From Mobula hypostoma (lineage: Eukaryota), in contig NC_086097.1 in NCBI RefSeq assembly GCF_963921235.1, forward strand, positions 15,314,001-15,378,000: 64,000 nucleotides of DNA, in the 5' to 3' direction. The notes beneath the pieces were generated by a model, which had not been told where the DNA came from, did no database searches, and saw nothing but the letters and a program-made list of their open reading frames with translations. The first letter of the stretch is position 1, and every line of letters begins with the position of its first letter. The translations under genes and the position numbers were made by a program. Below are positions 53,101 to 64,000 of the stretch, piece by piece.

Positions 53101-54689
53101 GTTCAGTCACAAAATGCCAGCAAATCAAAATCAGGTGCCAATTCAAAACAGACACTTGGGTCGCTGTTACTTTTAGAGAAAATTTAAAAAATACAGATGC
53201 TAGAAATCTGAAATTTTAAAATGCTGGAAAAACTCATCAGCATCCATGGAGAGAGACATAGTCAATATTTGGAGTCTGTGACCTTTGGTCAGAAGTGAAT
53301 CATTTTGGGGAACTGTCGTGAGGATAGAAATTCTTTTTTTTTAAATATCCATTGTAAAGAGAATCGATGGGGATGATAGATGGGTTAGATTTAAAGTCAG
53401 ACCCATAGTGGGTAAGGATATTGCCAGGGGACCATTTGTCACATACCCATGAGCTCTTTACAAAGAAACAGCCTTATAGGTGGTGATCTGTAGACTCCTG
53501 CTATCTGTTCGTTATTGGTGAGAGCCTTTTTGTAAAATTGCTGAGCACAGCTACTACGTGACAGCCAACGGCGATGAAGACAACATCCGCCGTTGGAGAT
53601 AGCACCCAGGCGTGCTTGCAGCAATCAATTTTATTTCCCTCTGTCCCTGCTGCCCTGCTCACACCATTCACCCGCCTGGGCCCCAGGGTCCAATCAACTG
53701 GAATCCAATTACCCAGACAAAGGGCCGGTTTCATAAGCAGAGACCTTCCCCTGCATCTGAGGTTTCAAAGCAACTGTCACTCTCCACTGCCCTTTGTTTT
53801 TTTGTGTGTGTGTGTGCTTTGAGAGTACAGAGCCTGAATATAAAAAAAGACCCATTCACAGCCAATGTGAATGAGATTGCTTAGCCCCAACAGGGAAAAG
53901 GCAACTTACAACAGAAATTGTTTCCCCTTTTGCAACTGAAGTTTTGCTCGGAACGGTTTGTCAAAGCAGTTCCCCAGTGTTTAACAAACTGAGCATCGTT
54001 CTTCCTTGCACCACTTTCTCGGTGAGAAACGGTGGCTCTCACCACCTTCCCCACCTCCCCCCGTCCTTCCGCAATTACAGCACTGTGAATCCGGACACAA
54101 AGGACACAACAGCATAATGAGAGAGCGTCTCTGGACTGGTGCATTCTCTGTCTGTGCCTTCTGACAGTGCTTTGCCTGCGTGGGGAGATGAGTTGTTGCT
54201 TCAGATTGAAGGAATAACCCATCCTGTCAGCAATCTGCATTAACGTCACCCTAAAATTGACCTGAGAAGCAAGTGTGTAAAATAAAGGGGACCATGATGA
54301 TATTTTCAATCCCTGCAACTTGCAAAGACAGTTTGTTGTGGACAGTGTCTGTCTTTCCAACATCTGCCAGAGAAGACAAATTAACTTCATCATTCCTCTT
54401 TTCATAATGGTTACTCCTATGAATCTATTCCTTTCTGGACAAAACAGTACAGGTACAGACCTGTTCATATAGGCCACCAGTGCTCACACCCTGACTTTAT
54501 CAAGTTATGTCAAGGATAAATACAATAAGACCTCACCGTCTGCCTCATTATGATCTTGCATCTTACTGTTTCCTCCAAGAGGACTATAACCCTGTCGTGG
54601 TTCAGAGTCTTGCGTACCTCAGTGACCTGGAGAGCTATGCTGGCTAGAGTCAGGGCTTTAGGCCTGTCATGGCCTCCTCTTCTGCTAGG

Positions 54690-55208
54690 ATGAGACCACA
54701 CTCAGGGTGGAGCAGCAACACTTCATATTCCATCTAGGTAGGCCTCCAACCTAATGGCATGAACATTGATTTATCCTTCTGGTAATTTTTTCCCACCCTC
54801 TTCCCTCTTGTTCTACTCCCCACTTTGGCCTTTCACCTGTACTCACCTGCCTATCATCTCCCCTGGGAGCCCTTCCTCATTCCCTTTCTCCCATGGTCCA
54901 CTCTCCTCTCCTATCAGATTTCTTCATCTTCAGCCCTTTGCCTTTTCCACCTATCACTTCCCAGCTTCTTACTTCAACCCCTCCTCCACCCACCAGGCTT
55001 CACCTATCACCTTCTAGTTTGTCCTCCTTTCCCTCCTCCAAGCTTCTTATTCTGGCGTCTTCTCCCTTCCTTTCCACTCCTGGTGAAGGGTCTTGGCCAA
55101 AACATCAACTGTTTATTTATTTCCACGTAGATGCTGCCTGACCTGCTGAGTTCCTCCAGCGTCCTGTGTTTGCCCCTCTGGATTTCCAGGATCTGCAGAA
55201 TCTCTCAT
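54690..55208 (+). mobile_element. Penelope-like 3' end
   Basis: TLRVEQQHFIFHLG../LQPNGMNID, pyrimidine-rich UTR, decayed motif at about 55075-55112 and tail. Confidence 0.8.
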
Positions 55209-55977
55209 ATTTGTGAGACCCCATCATACCGCCCCCCCAGTGTGCAATGCAAAGAATTTCTCACATCTATGTTTAAGTTCTTTCTTTGGATTAATCTGAA
55301 CAAAATAAAGCATGCCAAATTTTGCCAGCTATTGCAGTTATTCTTATTTGCCTCACAGCCCCAGAGACCCAGGTTTCATCCCGACCTCAGGTACTGTCTG
55401 TGTGGAGTTTGCACACTCGCTCTGCGACTGTGTGCCTATGTTCTGCCTGAACCATTTCCGCCAACCAGACCGACTGTGAGATTGTGGCAAGTGCATATAC
55501 AGTCTCTCAGTAAAAACGTACGATCATATCTTCCTCGTTCTTGTGCCGCGCATATGTAATACCGCCCACATCCCAAAAACATGTAGATAGATTGGTTAAT
55601 TAGCCACTTAATTGCCTGCAGTGTGTAGGTGCCCGATACAAAGCAGGGGGGATGCACATTAATGTTAAAGCAATTAGATTGGATTTGTGTAGAATTAATG
55701 TAAATGGACGGTGTGAACTTCATGGGCCAAAGTGCTTGTTTCCATGTTGTATCACTCTATAATTCCCCCACCCTCCTCCATTGCTGTAAACTACATGCTT
55801 CCAGCAACAGCCTTTACCCCTATTAGTGGCAGCTTGGTCACAGCTTATCATAGTCATAGAGATGTACAGCTCCGAAAAAGGCCATTTGGCCCATCTAGTC
55901 TGTGCTGAACCATTTAAACTGCCTACTCCCAACAACCTGTATCAGGACCATGGCCCTACCATACATGTACCTAACCA

Positions 55978-56589
55978 GACAAGGGAATATCTGCAGATGC
56001 TGAAAATCCAAGCAACACGCACAAAATGCTGGAGGTACTCAGCAGGCCATTAATTCTACTTCCCACTCCCATGTGTCAGTCCATGGCGTCCTCTACTGCC
56101 ATGATGAAGCCACACTCAGTTTGGCAGAGTGAAACACCTAATTCTCCATCTGGGTAGCCTCCAACATGCTGGCATGAACAGCAATCTCTCAAACTTCCAG
56201 TAATGGACCCCGCCCCCCCTTCACCATTCCCCATTCCCATTTTCCTCTCTCACTTTATCTCCTTACGTGCCCATCACCTCCCTCTGGTGCTCCTCCTCCT
56301 TCCCTTTCTTCCATATTTTTCTGTCCTCTCCTATCAGATTACCCATTCTCCAGCCCTTTATCTCTTTCACCAATTGACTTCCCAGCTCTTTACTTCACCG
56401 CTCCCCCCTCCCGGTTTCACCTATCACCTACTACCTTGTCCTTCTTCCTGCACCTCCACCACTTTCTTACACTGATCTCGTCTTTTCTCTCCAGTCCTGG
56501 AGAAGGGTCTCAACCCGAAACATCGACCGTATTCCCTTCCACTGATGCTGCCTGGCCTGCTGAGTTCCTCCAGCATTTTGTGCATGTTG
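55978..56589 (+). mobile_element. Penelope-like insertion with 5' inverted tail, inside a minus-strand CR1 end (about 55848-56785)
   Basis: TSD catgtaccta (55964-55973 and 56590-56599); inverted tail 55978-56048; endonuclease C-terminus 56050-56203; motif at 56492-56529. Confidence 0.85.
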
Positions 56590-57889
56590 CATGTACCTAT
56601 CCAAATTTCTCTTGAATGTTGAAATCGAGCTTGCATGCACCATTTGTGCTGCCAGCTGGTTCCACACTCTCATGATCCTCTGAGTGAAGAAGTTTCCCCT
56701 CATGTTCCCCTTAACGTTTTCACCTTTCACCCTTAACCCATTACCTCTAGTTGTAGTCCCAACCAACGCCAGTGGAAAAACCTGCTATCACATCAGAAAC
56801 ACCCTGAAAAGGTAACTCCTGGATTACATTTCTCCACCTCCAGATCTGACTTTAGCCCTTCTGTCACAATCACTCAAAAACCCTCTTCCCATGAAAATAA
56901 CCTCTTTCCCATTCCTCCTTAGGCATTCCTGTTCTGAGACCATAATACAAAAATACTTTGTCAGGACACTCCAATAGTTACCATTATCTTACTCTCTGCC
57001 CTTTATACTCCCATTGGAAATACAATGGCCTGAAATTCAAAAACTTTCATTAGACTTGCTAATCTATAATTGGCTGCACTGGCTGGATTTGATCTGGAGC
57101 TTTACTGCACACAGCCCGTTAACCACTATAGTGGTTACTATATTCTATAATTTCCCACAACAAAAGTGGCAGTGCACATTTACACTACATCCTTTAAACC
57201 AAATCAGGTCAGCCGGTAGCCATGCGGGAATATAGATGGTTCAGCAAATCCATTTATTAGATTTCTCCTCCAAGGCAACATAAATTCCAGTTGAGCCTTG
57301 TTTTGGGCTTCTGTGACCAGTGCAAAATACCATAAAACCGTATTCAGCTTTTCATCGACAAGGTGTGTTGCTCTGAGATTGAATTTGATAATCGCATTCC
57401 AATGGGGGAATCTGATGGAACTGCATTTCAAATGCTTTGTTTAGTATGAATATCCAATAGCACTGTGTGTTTTATGCACACAACAGATGAACAATCACAA
57501 CACAAATTAAATAAAGTTTAACTGAATTCAAATCAAAGAAAATGGCTCCCAATTAATCTAAATTTTGTTTAAAAAATTAATTTCAAATGTTTTTTATTTT
57601 TCACGAGCAATCTTTGACACTTGAGGGGAAATACAGGGTTTAAAGCAGAAGGATTGTCCAGCTTGTCACGTTGATGGTAAAGGACATTGTAACTCCTGGG
57701 ATTCAGGAGGCATGAGAGACCACTAGTCCAGGAGTACCCCGGTAAAGGCATCCTGGCTAAATACTTACCCACAACTCCCAGATCACATCCCTCTCCCTGT
57801 GCACCCAAACTCATCAGGCAATTGCAACCAGTTCAGGACATATAGATTAATAGTTACCCGTGAAGACACACACCTATCTTAAGTCTCCA

Positions 57890-58266
57890 ACTTCAACTTC
57901 CGGTAATTCCGTCCCCTCCCTTCCCCTATCCCTATTTCACTCTGCCTCCTCCCCCAGCTGCCTATCACCTCCCTCATGGTTCCACCTCCTTCTACCACCC
58001 ATTGTGATTTCCCCTATTACTTCTTCACCTTTCCTGCCTATCCCCTCCCTGCCTCCCCTCCCCCAACCCTTGATCTTTCCCCTTACTGGTTTTTCACCTG
58101 GAACCTACCAGCCTTCTCCTTCCCACCCTCCCCCCACCTTCTTTATAGGGCCTCTGCCCCTTCCCTCTTCAGTCCTGATGAAGGACTCCGGCCCGAAACG
58201 TTGACTGATCGTTTCCATGGATGCTGCCCGACCTGCTGAGTTCTTCCAGCGTGTTGTGAGTGTTGC
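57890..58266 (+). mobile_element. Penelope-like 3' end
   Basis: 'aacttccggtaa' ORF end, pyrimidine-rich UTR, hammerhead and tail. Confidence 0.85.
58170..58207 (+). ncRNA. Minimal hammerhead ribozyme motif (core intact, stem II weakened)
   Basis: cagtc-CTGATGA-aggactccggccc-GAAACGTT-gactg. Confidence 0.7.
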
Positions 58267-58948
58267 CTATCTGAAGTCAGCCCTGCCCCATCCAAAACTG
58301 GGTGAGCTCCTTCTGTGAAGTATGTGTAGCACAAACACCTAGCACATCAGATCCCAATGTGTTTCAGAGATTGACGAAGAAAAATACACCGTCTACCACT
58401 CTGTAAATCCACACTCCAGCTTGGGTTAAACACATGGTAGGGGCTTCCCAATTTGTTAAAAGGCACCTACGGAGAAGATGAATAATGTATTGCACATAAA
58501 AGAAGATGGCTGAAACTCAGGCCTATCTGTGAGACCCCTGCAGTTGATCAAATATTGTCAAGGCTGATAGCCAACTAATGGCTGGGGTTAGAAGTGATCC
58601 TGGTGCTTGTGGAAGTGTATGTACTGGCTGGCAGAAAATCCGAAGGAGGAGAGTAAGAATTAATCAAAGAAATTCTATTATAACGAGGAGGAAGGCTTTT
58701 TCCAGTAACTTTCTTCAGCCAAAATTGTTGATTTGGTGCATTGGTCAATCCTCGAATCACCTCATAAAAGAAAAGGAATAGTAAGAGAATGCTCTTCTTG
58801 CTTCACCATTCATTATAGTCCGTAAGTCCAAAAGACATGGGAACAGAATTAGGCCAGCTGGCCCATCCAGTCTGCTCTGGCATTTTTTCATGACTGATTT
58901 ATTACCCCTCTCAACCCCATTCTCCCCATGACCTTTGATACCATTACT

Positions 58949-59461
58949 TTATACTTTATTGTCGCCAAACAATTGATACTAGAACGTACAATCATCACAG
59001 CGATATTTGATTCTGCGCTTCCCACTCCCTGGATTACAAATATTAAATATTAAAAATAGTAAAATTAGTAAATATTAAAATTTTAAATTATAAATCATAA
59101 ATAGAAAATTGAAAAATGGAAAGTAAGGTAGTGCAAAAAAAACCGAGAGGCAGGTCCGGATATTTGGAGGGTACGGCCCAGATCCGGGTCAGGATCCGTT
59201 CAGCAGTCTTATCACAGTTGGAAAGAAGCTGTTCCCAAATCTGGCCGTATGAGTCTTCAAGCTCCTGAGCCTTCCCCCAGAGGGAAGAGGGGCGAAAAGT
59301 GTGTTGGCTGGGTGGGTCGTATCCTTGATTATCCTGGCAGCACTGCTCCAACAGCGTGTGGTGTAAAGTGAGTCCAAGGACGGAAGAGTGGTTTGTGTGA
59401 TGTGCTGCGCCGTGTTCATGATCTTCTGCAGCTTCTTTCGGTCTTGGACAGGACAACTTCC
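58949..59461 (-). mobile_element. Young Rex1/Babar LINE 3' fragment
   Basis: ORF 59189-59419 AARIIKDTTHPANTLFAPLPSGGRLRSLKTHTARFGNSFFPTVIRLLN and (taaagta)n tail. Confidence 0.85.
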
Positions 59462-59718
59462 ATTTCTTTTTTAATGTAAATGTAAGCAGCATCTGAATGT
59501 GCAACATCTGATTCAAATACTGCCAGTTGGTAATTACTAATTAGGAAGCCAACAACCTCCACTTTAAATAAACTCTAGGTCTTAGCCTCTACAGCCACCT
59601 GTGGCAATGAATTCCACAGATTCACCACCCTCAGGCTAAAGAAGTTCCTGTTCTAAGTAACACACATCAAAGTTGCTGGTGAACGCAGCAGGCCAGGCAG
59701 CATCTATAGGAAGAGGCG

Positions 59719-59756
59719 CAGTCGACGTTTCAGGCCGAGACCCTTCGTCAGGACTA
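59719..59756 (-). ncRNA. Intact minimal hammerhead ribozyme motif
   Basis: Reverse complement reads tagtc-CTGACGA-agggtctcggcct-GAAACGTC-gactg. Confidence 0.8.
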
Positions 59757-59844
59757 ACTGAAGGAAGAGTGAGTAAGGGATTTGAAAGCTGGAGGGGGAG
59801 GGGGAGGGGGAGATCCAAAATCCCTTACTCACTCTTCCTTCAGT

Positions 59845-59882
59845 TAGTCCTGACGAAGGGTCTCGGCCTGAAACGTCGACTG
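59845..59882 (+). ncRNA. Intact minimal hammerhead ribozyme motif
   Basis: tagtc-CTGACGA-agggtctcggcct-GAAACGTC-gactg; predicted cleavage 3' of C59877. Confidence 0.8.
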
Positions 59883-60484
59883 CGCCTCTTCCTATAGATG
59901 CTGCCTGGCCTGCTGCGTTCACCAGCAACTTTGATGTGTGTTGCTTGAATTTCCAGCATCTGCAGAATTCCTGTTGTTTCCTGTTCTAAGTAGGTGCTCC
60001 TCTATTCTGAGGCTGTGCCCTCTGGTCCTAGATTCTCCCACTGTTGAAAACATCCTCTCCATGTCCACTCTATCTTGGCCTTTCAATATTCAATAGGTTT
60101 CAATGAGATTCCGCCCTGATTTTTCTAAGCCCCAGCAAGTACAGGCCCAGAGCCATCAAATGTTCCTCATGTGTTAACCCTTTCATTCCTGGGATCATTC
60201 TCATGAATCTCCTCTGCATCCTCTCCAATGACAGCACATCCTTTCTTAGATAAGGAGCACAGGACTGTTCACAATACTCCAGATCAGGTCTGACCAAATC
60301 GTTGCAAAGCCTCAATGTTTTAGTCAGCATGGAAACAGGCTTTTTGATCCACATTACATGACTGACCTTATAGCTCAGTTCCTTCTCAGGGTTTACCACC
60401 CTTTGAGTTAATAAAATTCTCCTCATCTCATTGGTCCATTAACATTCCCACCAGGATAGATCAGGCATGACTGGTATCATTTGG

Positions 60485-60772
60485 TACACAGTAGTGTAGT
60501 GTAGTGGTTAGCACAACATTTTGCAGGACCAGTGACCCGGGTTCATTCCCGTCCCTGCCTACAAGGAGTTTGCACATTCTCTCCGTGACTGTAACCATTT
60601 CCTCCAGGAGCTCCAGTTTCTTTCCACAGTCCAAAGACATACCAGTTGGTAGATTAATTGGGCATTGTAAATTGTCCCGCGATTGGGCTCAGATTAAATC
60701 AGGGGATTGCTGGGCAGTGTGGCTTGAAGGACTGGAAAAGCCTATTCTGCGTTGTATCCCAATAAATAAAAT
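60485..60772 (+). mobile_element. V-SINE-like element
   Basis: A-box 'gtagtggttagc', B-box 'gggttcattcc', body and tail. Confidence 0.8.
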
Positions 60773-63569
60773 TAATACTCCCATTCTCAATTGCTGCAGA
60801 TGAAGCTGGACCTGAAACAAATTGTGGATGAAGGCTGCAATGAACCAATGGCCGACTGGCAGTATTTGAATCCGATGTTGCACATTCAGATGCTGTTTAC
60901 ATTTACATTAAAAAAGAAATTCAGTACTAAGTTGATTGTGACATACAGACTTGACAATCTGACTAAAGGCTTTGTCTGTGATTGCAATAGAAACCACACA
61001 ACCAAAATAAAACAGTAATACAAAGAGGCAAAAGGCACATTAATGTCTGTCCCCACATCATGCTCTTGACAATGCAGGAGATATCCATGGTTACATAACA
61101 CAGTGTATTCCCCAGTGAGATTGGCAAAATAGTGTAATCTTTTCACCTACATGCTGTCATACTGCAACCGAAAAGGCTGATTGGAGGATTCGACAAAAGA
61201 TTTACCACACAATTACAATCTAGTGCATTAAGATAAATATTTGCCCTCTAATCTGTTTCATACTTACAACAACAGTGACTACGAAGGAATTTCTCATTTT
61301 GTGGGGACGGAAGTTTTGAGTGACTGTAGCTGTGTGGGAAAGGTACAAAAAACAGAATACACACTTGCCCAAAAACCAGTGACACGAACAAACGCAAGAC
61401 ACAAATATAACTGTATAAGTGCACATTTCTGAAGCCAGCCAGAATTGCAGTTTTACTTTCATCGTCCCAGCTAATCAGGTTTGTTTTCTCCGCTAATCGC
61501 CAAGACTGATTATCACTGTAAATTAGTCTTCAAAAACAAGTCTTCAGGCACATGCACACTGCTGACCTACTTCGAACGAAGGAGTCTCTCACTGATTTGC
61601 ACATTAATAACACTTTGCAGCACTGAACATATGGTTCTGTATCTATTCCCAAACGTGCATGGCCACTCCTCTTACGCTGTGAAGGGGGGTTATATTGTAG
61701 CCGCCTACTCCAGATCACTTCAAGCTGCCAATACCCACTATTTGAGTGGTGGGACCAATTCCAACCCCCACCACTTCCCTACCATGTGGAGAAACTTCCA
61801 GCTAACAAAAGATAAATGAACACAATTCACTTATTTTTAGTGATACATATTTACATTTAGATAATATTCTTGAAACATATTTAAAACTCTCAGAGGATTC
61901 GATTTCTAAAACCCAAAGGAGTTCCAAAACACAGGTACAATTCCTATCAGCTAAAAAGACAGACCAACGAGTTGCAAATGAACATTGTAGAAATCAAAGG
62001 CAAGGACTGGATTCTCATCATCCTGTTTTTCTGTCATTCGTCTTGTCATTGCTTGACCATTCCTAACAAGCCCGACTGCTTTTTTTGCTACTTGGTGACT
62101 TCACATACATGTGATATTTCTCAGTTATATTCGCCAGTACGGGTGAATGCATTGTTTAATTAAGTCAAAGCGGACCCCATCGTTTTCACTTGATTAAACA
62201 ATGGGCCAACGAGGACCCTTTTGTGCGTTTGTTTATGACAAGAGGCTGAGAAAAGAATATTGGTTGGGAGTTTAACTTACTCAGAAACAACTCTTTGACA
62301 GCAGGGAGAGTCGGCTGCTGTGTTAGAAAGCTGAGCTTGGCAAAATGGCCCCTTAAGCCCTGGACATTGATTATCCATCACAATGTGAGTCAAGATGGTG
62401 AGGGGTCAAGGGTAACTCTGGCAGTAGGAGTGAAGGACAGAGTGCTGGGCACTACAGGGATTTGCTCAATGTAATGGCACGATACCATCTGTACCACAGC
62501 TGTGTAATATGATGATCTACCCTGGCACAGACTGCGATCTTCAGCCAAGCGGTGAATGAAACAATCCTATTACTTCTGCTTCCAGTGCCTTGATCAGGAT
62601 TTATCCCCTAGACAACATCATTAAAAGCAGATTTATGGGTTCAACATCAGATTACAGTGGCAGTTGTTGTGCCTGTATAGGTTGGCACTCCTCCTGCAGA
62701 AGGACACAACAGTTACTTCACCCAATCATTCAGTCTGATCAACACCTCCACTCATTAGCACACCCCTACTGCCACTACATCCACATCCCTCCACAGCCCC
62801 TCAGCACGCTTCATCCCCTATGCACTGCCACGTTACGCTTACGCTCCACGCTTCATGCCTATACTGACACAGTCACCGTTCTGCTAAGTTTCCATATGCC
62901 CTGCTGCTACTAGAAGAGTTCCTCTTGCCAAGAGTCACTTTATCATTTCCTGTCAGAGTCACCTTATGTACAGATACGCCCGTACTTAACGTTACTTTAT
63001 GTACATACAACCTGTCCATGTATATAAGATAAAATTATGTATATACGGCCACACTCAGTTACTTGTACATTGTGATTTGTAGGATTGTTTTTATAATTAT
63101 ACAGTATTAATAGTGTTCTTTTTTTGCATTCTTGTTTTTTTTTATGCTACATCAGATCCAGAGTAACAATCAATTTGGTCTCCTTTACACTCATACAGTA
63201 TACTGAAGAATGACAATAAACCATCTTGAATCAATACTGACTGTAAGCACTTTTGCCTATCTAGAAGTCATGGAAAATGTTCCAGAAATTAAACTTCCCT
63301 TTTTCTTCCTGATAGGATCCGGAACAGGGGGAATCAGAGTTGATTTTGCTTTCTCCCTTCACTCTGGGGCCTTCAGGCCTGAGGCTAATTAAAATGGTCA
63401 AGGGAAGGAGGAGGCCTATTGGGATGTGATGAATGACCAGATGTTTGCTCACCAGTTATGCCAAATTCAATATCAATTATTTGAAAATGAATTAAGTTCT
63501 TCTCACTCTCTTGAAAGACTTCCCTACAGATCCGCAAACATTACAAAATAATATTCCTGAACTGATTCC

Positions 63570-63828
63570 AAAACCTATGGACTCACTTTCAAGGACTCTA
63601 CAACTCATGTTCTCAATATTATTTATTTATTATTATTATTATTATTGTATTTGCACAATTTGACTTATTTTACACTTTGGTTGCTTGTCACTCTATTTCT
63701 GTGTTGTTTTTCATTGATTCTATTATATTTCTTTCTTCTACTGTGAATGCTTGCAGGAAAATGAATCTCGGGGATGTATATGGTGATATATGCATATTTT
63801 GATAATAAATTGACTTTGAATTTTGAAT
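63570..63828 (+). mobile_element. Rex1-type 3' UTR fragment
   Basis: Homologous to 1-147 and the reverse complement of 26005-26290. Confidence 0.6.
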
Positions 63829-64000
63829 TACAAAATATATACAATGTAGCAAATGGATGCACCCCTTCCCTCCACTAGCCTCAGGTCACCTGTGGGCAAG
63901 GTGTAGCACCTGCTTAGCCCCTGATCAGGGTCACGTGAAGCCCTGGGAGCAGGTGGTGGATAGTCGTATGAGCAGCTGGTGCAGATCACAAATCCTGGTT

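Larger units (their letters stand above)
59659..59977. mobile_element. Very young Penelope-like insertion forming a perfect 125-bp inverted repeat
   Basis: Arms 59659-59783 and 59818-59942 are identical; 15-bp TSD ttcctgttctaagta (59645-59659 and 59978-59992). Confidence 0.95.
58818..60315 (-). mobile_element. Old CR1 3' fragment hosting two younger insertions
   Basis: LVRPDLEYCEQSCAPYLRKD..MIPGMKGL at 60100-60315 and 3' UTR at 58818-58948. Confidence 0.85.

Noticed and set aside
53881..54477. 198-aa ORF
   Set aside because: No recognisable domain, random-like composition and no supporting splice structure.
63862..64000. GC-rich segment that might be an RTE-type 5' end or a structured RNA
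   Set aside because: Cut by the window edge, single copy here, and I could not establish a fold or family.

Overview
This is a repeat-dense, apparently intergenic or intronic 64-kb stretch of a vertebrate genome. The repeat content (CR1 LINEs, HE1/V-SINE-like SINEs, Rex1/Babar LINEs, Penelope-like elements) suggests a cartilaginous fish, probably a ray; that is an inference. I could not identify any host protein-coding exon, and every ORF I can assign belongs to a transposon. The most notable structure is a dense population of roughly 20 Penelope-like element (PLE) 3' ends, each carrying a minimal type I hammerhead-ribozyme motif (stem I-CTGANGA-stem II-GAAACGTH-stem I'). Several motifs are fully intact, including two inside a perfect 125-bp inverted repeat at 59659-59942. 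Many short copies begin exactly at the base of the ribozyme, and GIY-YIG endonuclease remnants tie the family to Penelope. The window also holds nested insertions with readable target-site duplications (TSDs), a locally templated inverted capture, bipartite RTE elements, several MITEs, a 23-bp minisatellite with higher-order structure, a CpG-rich promoter-like island and a 200-N gap. All coordinates were read by eye, and the boundaries of old repeats are approximate.
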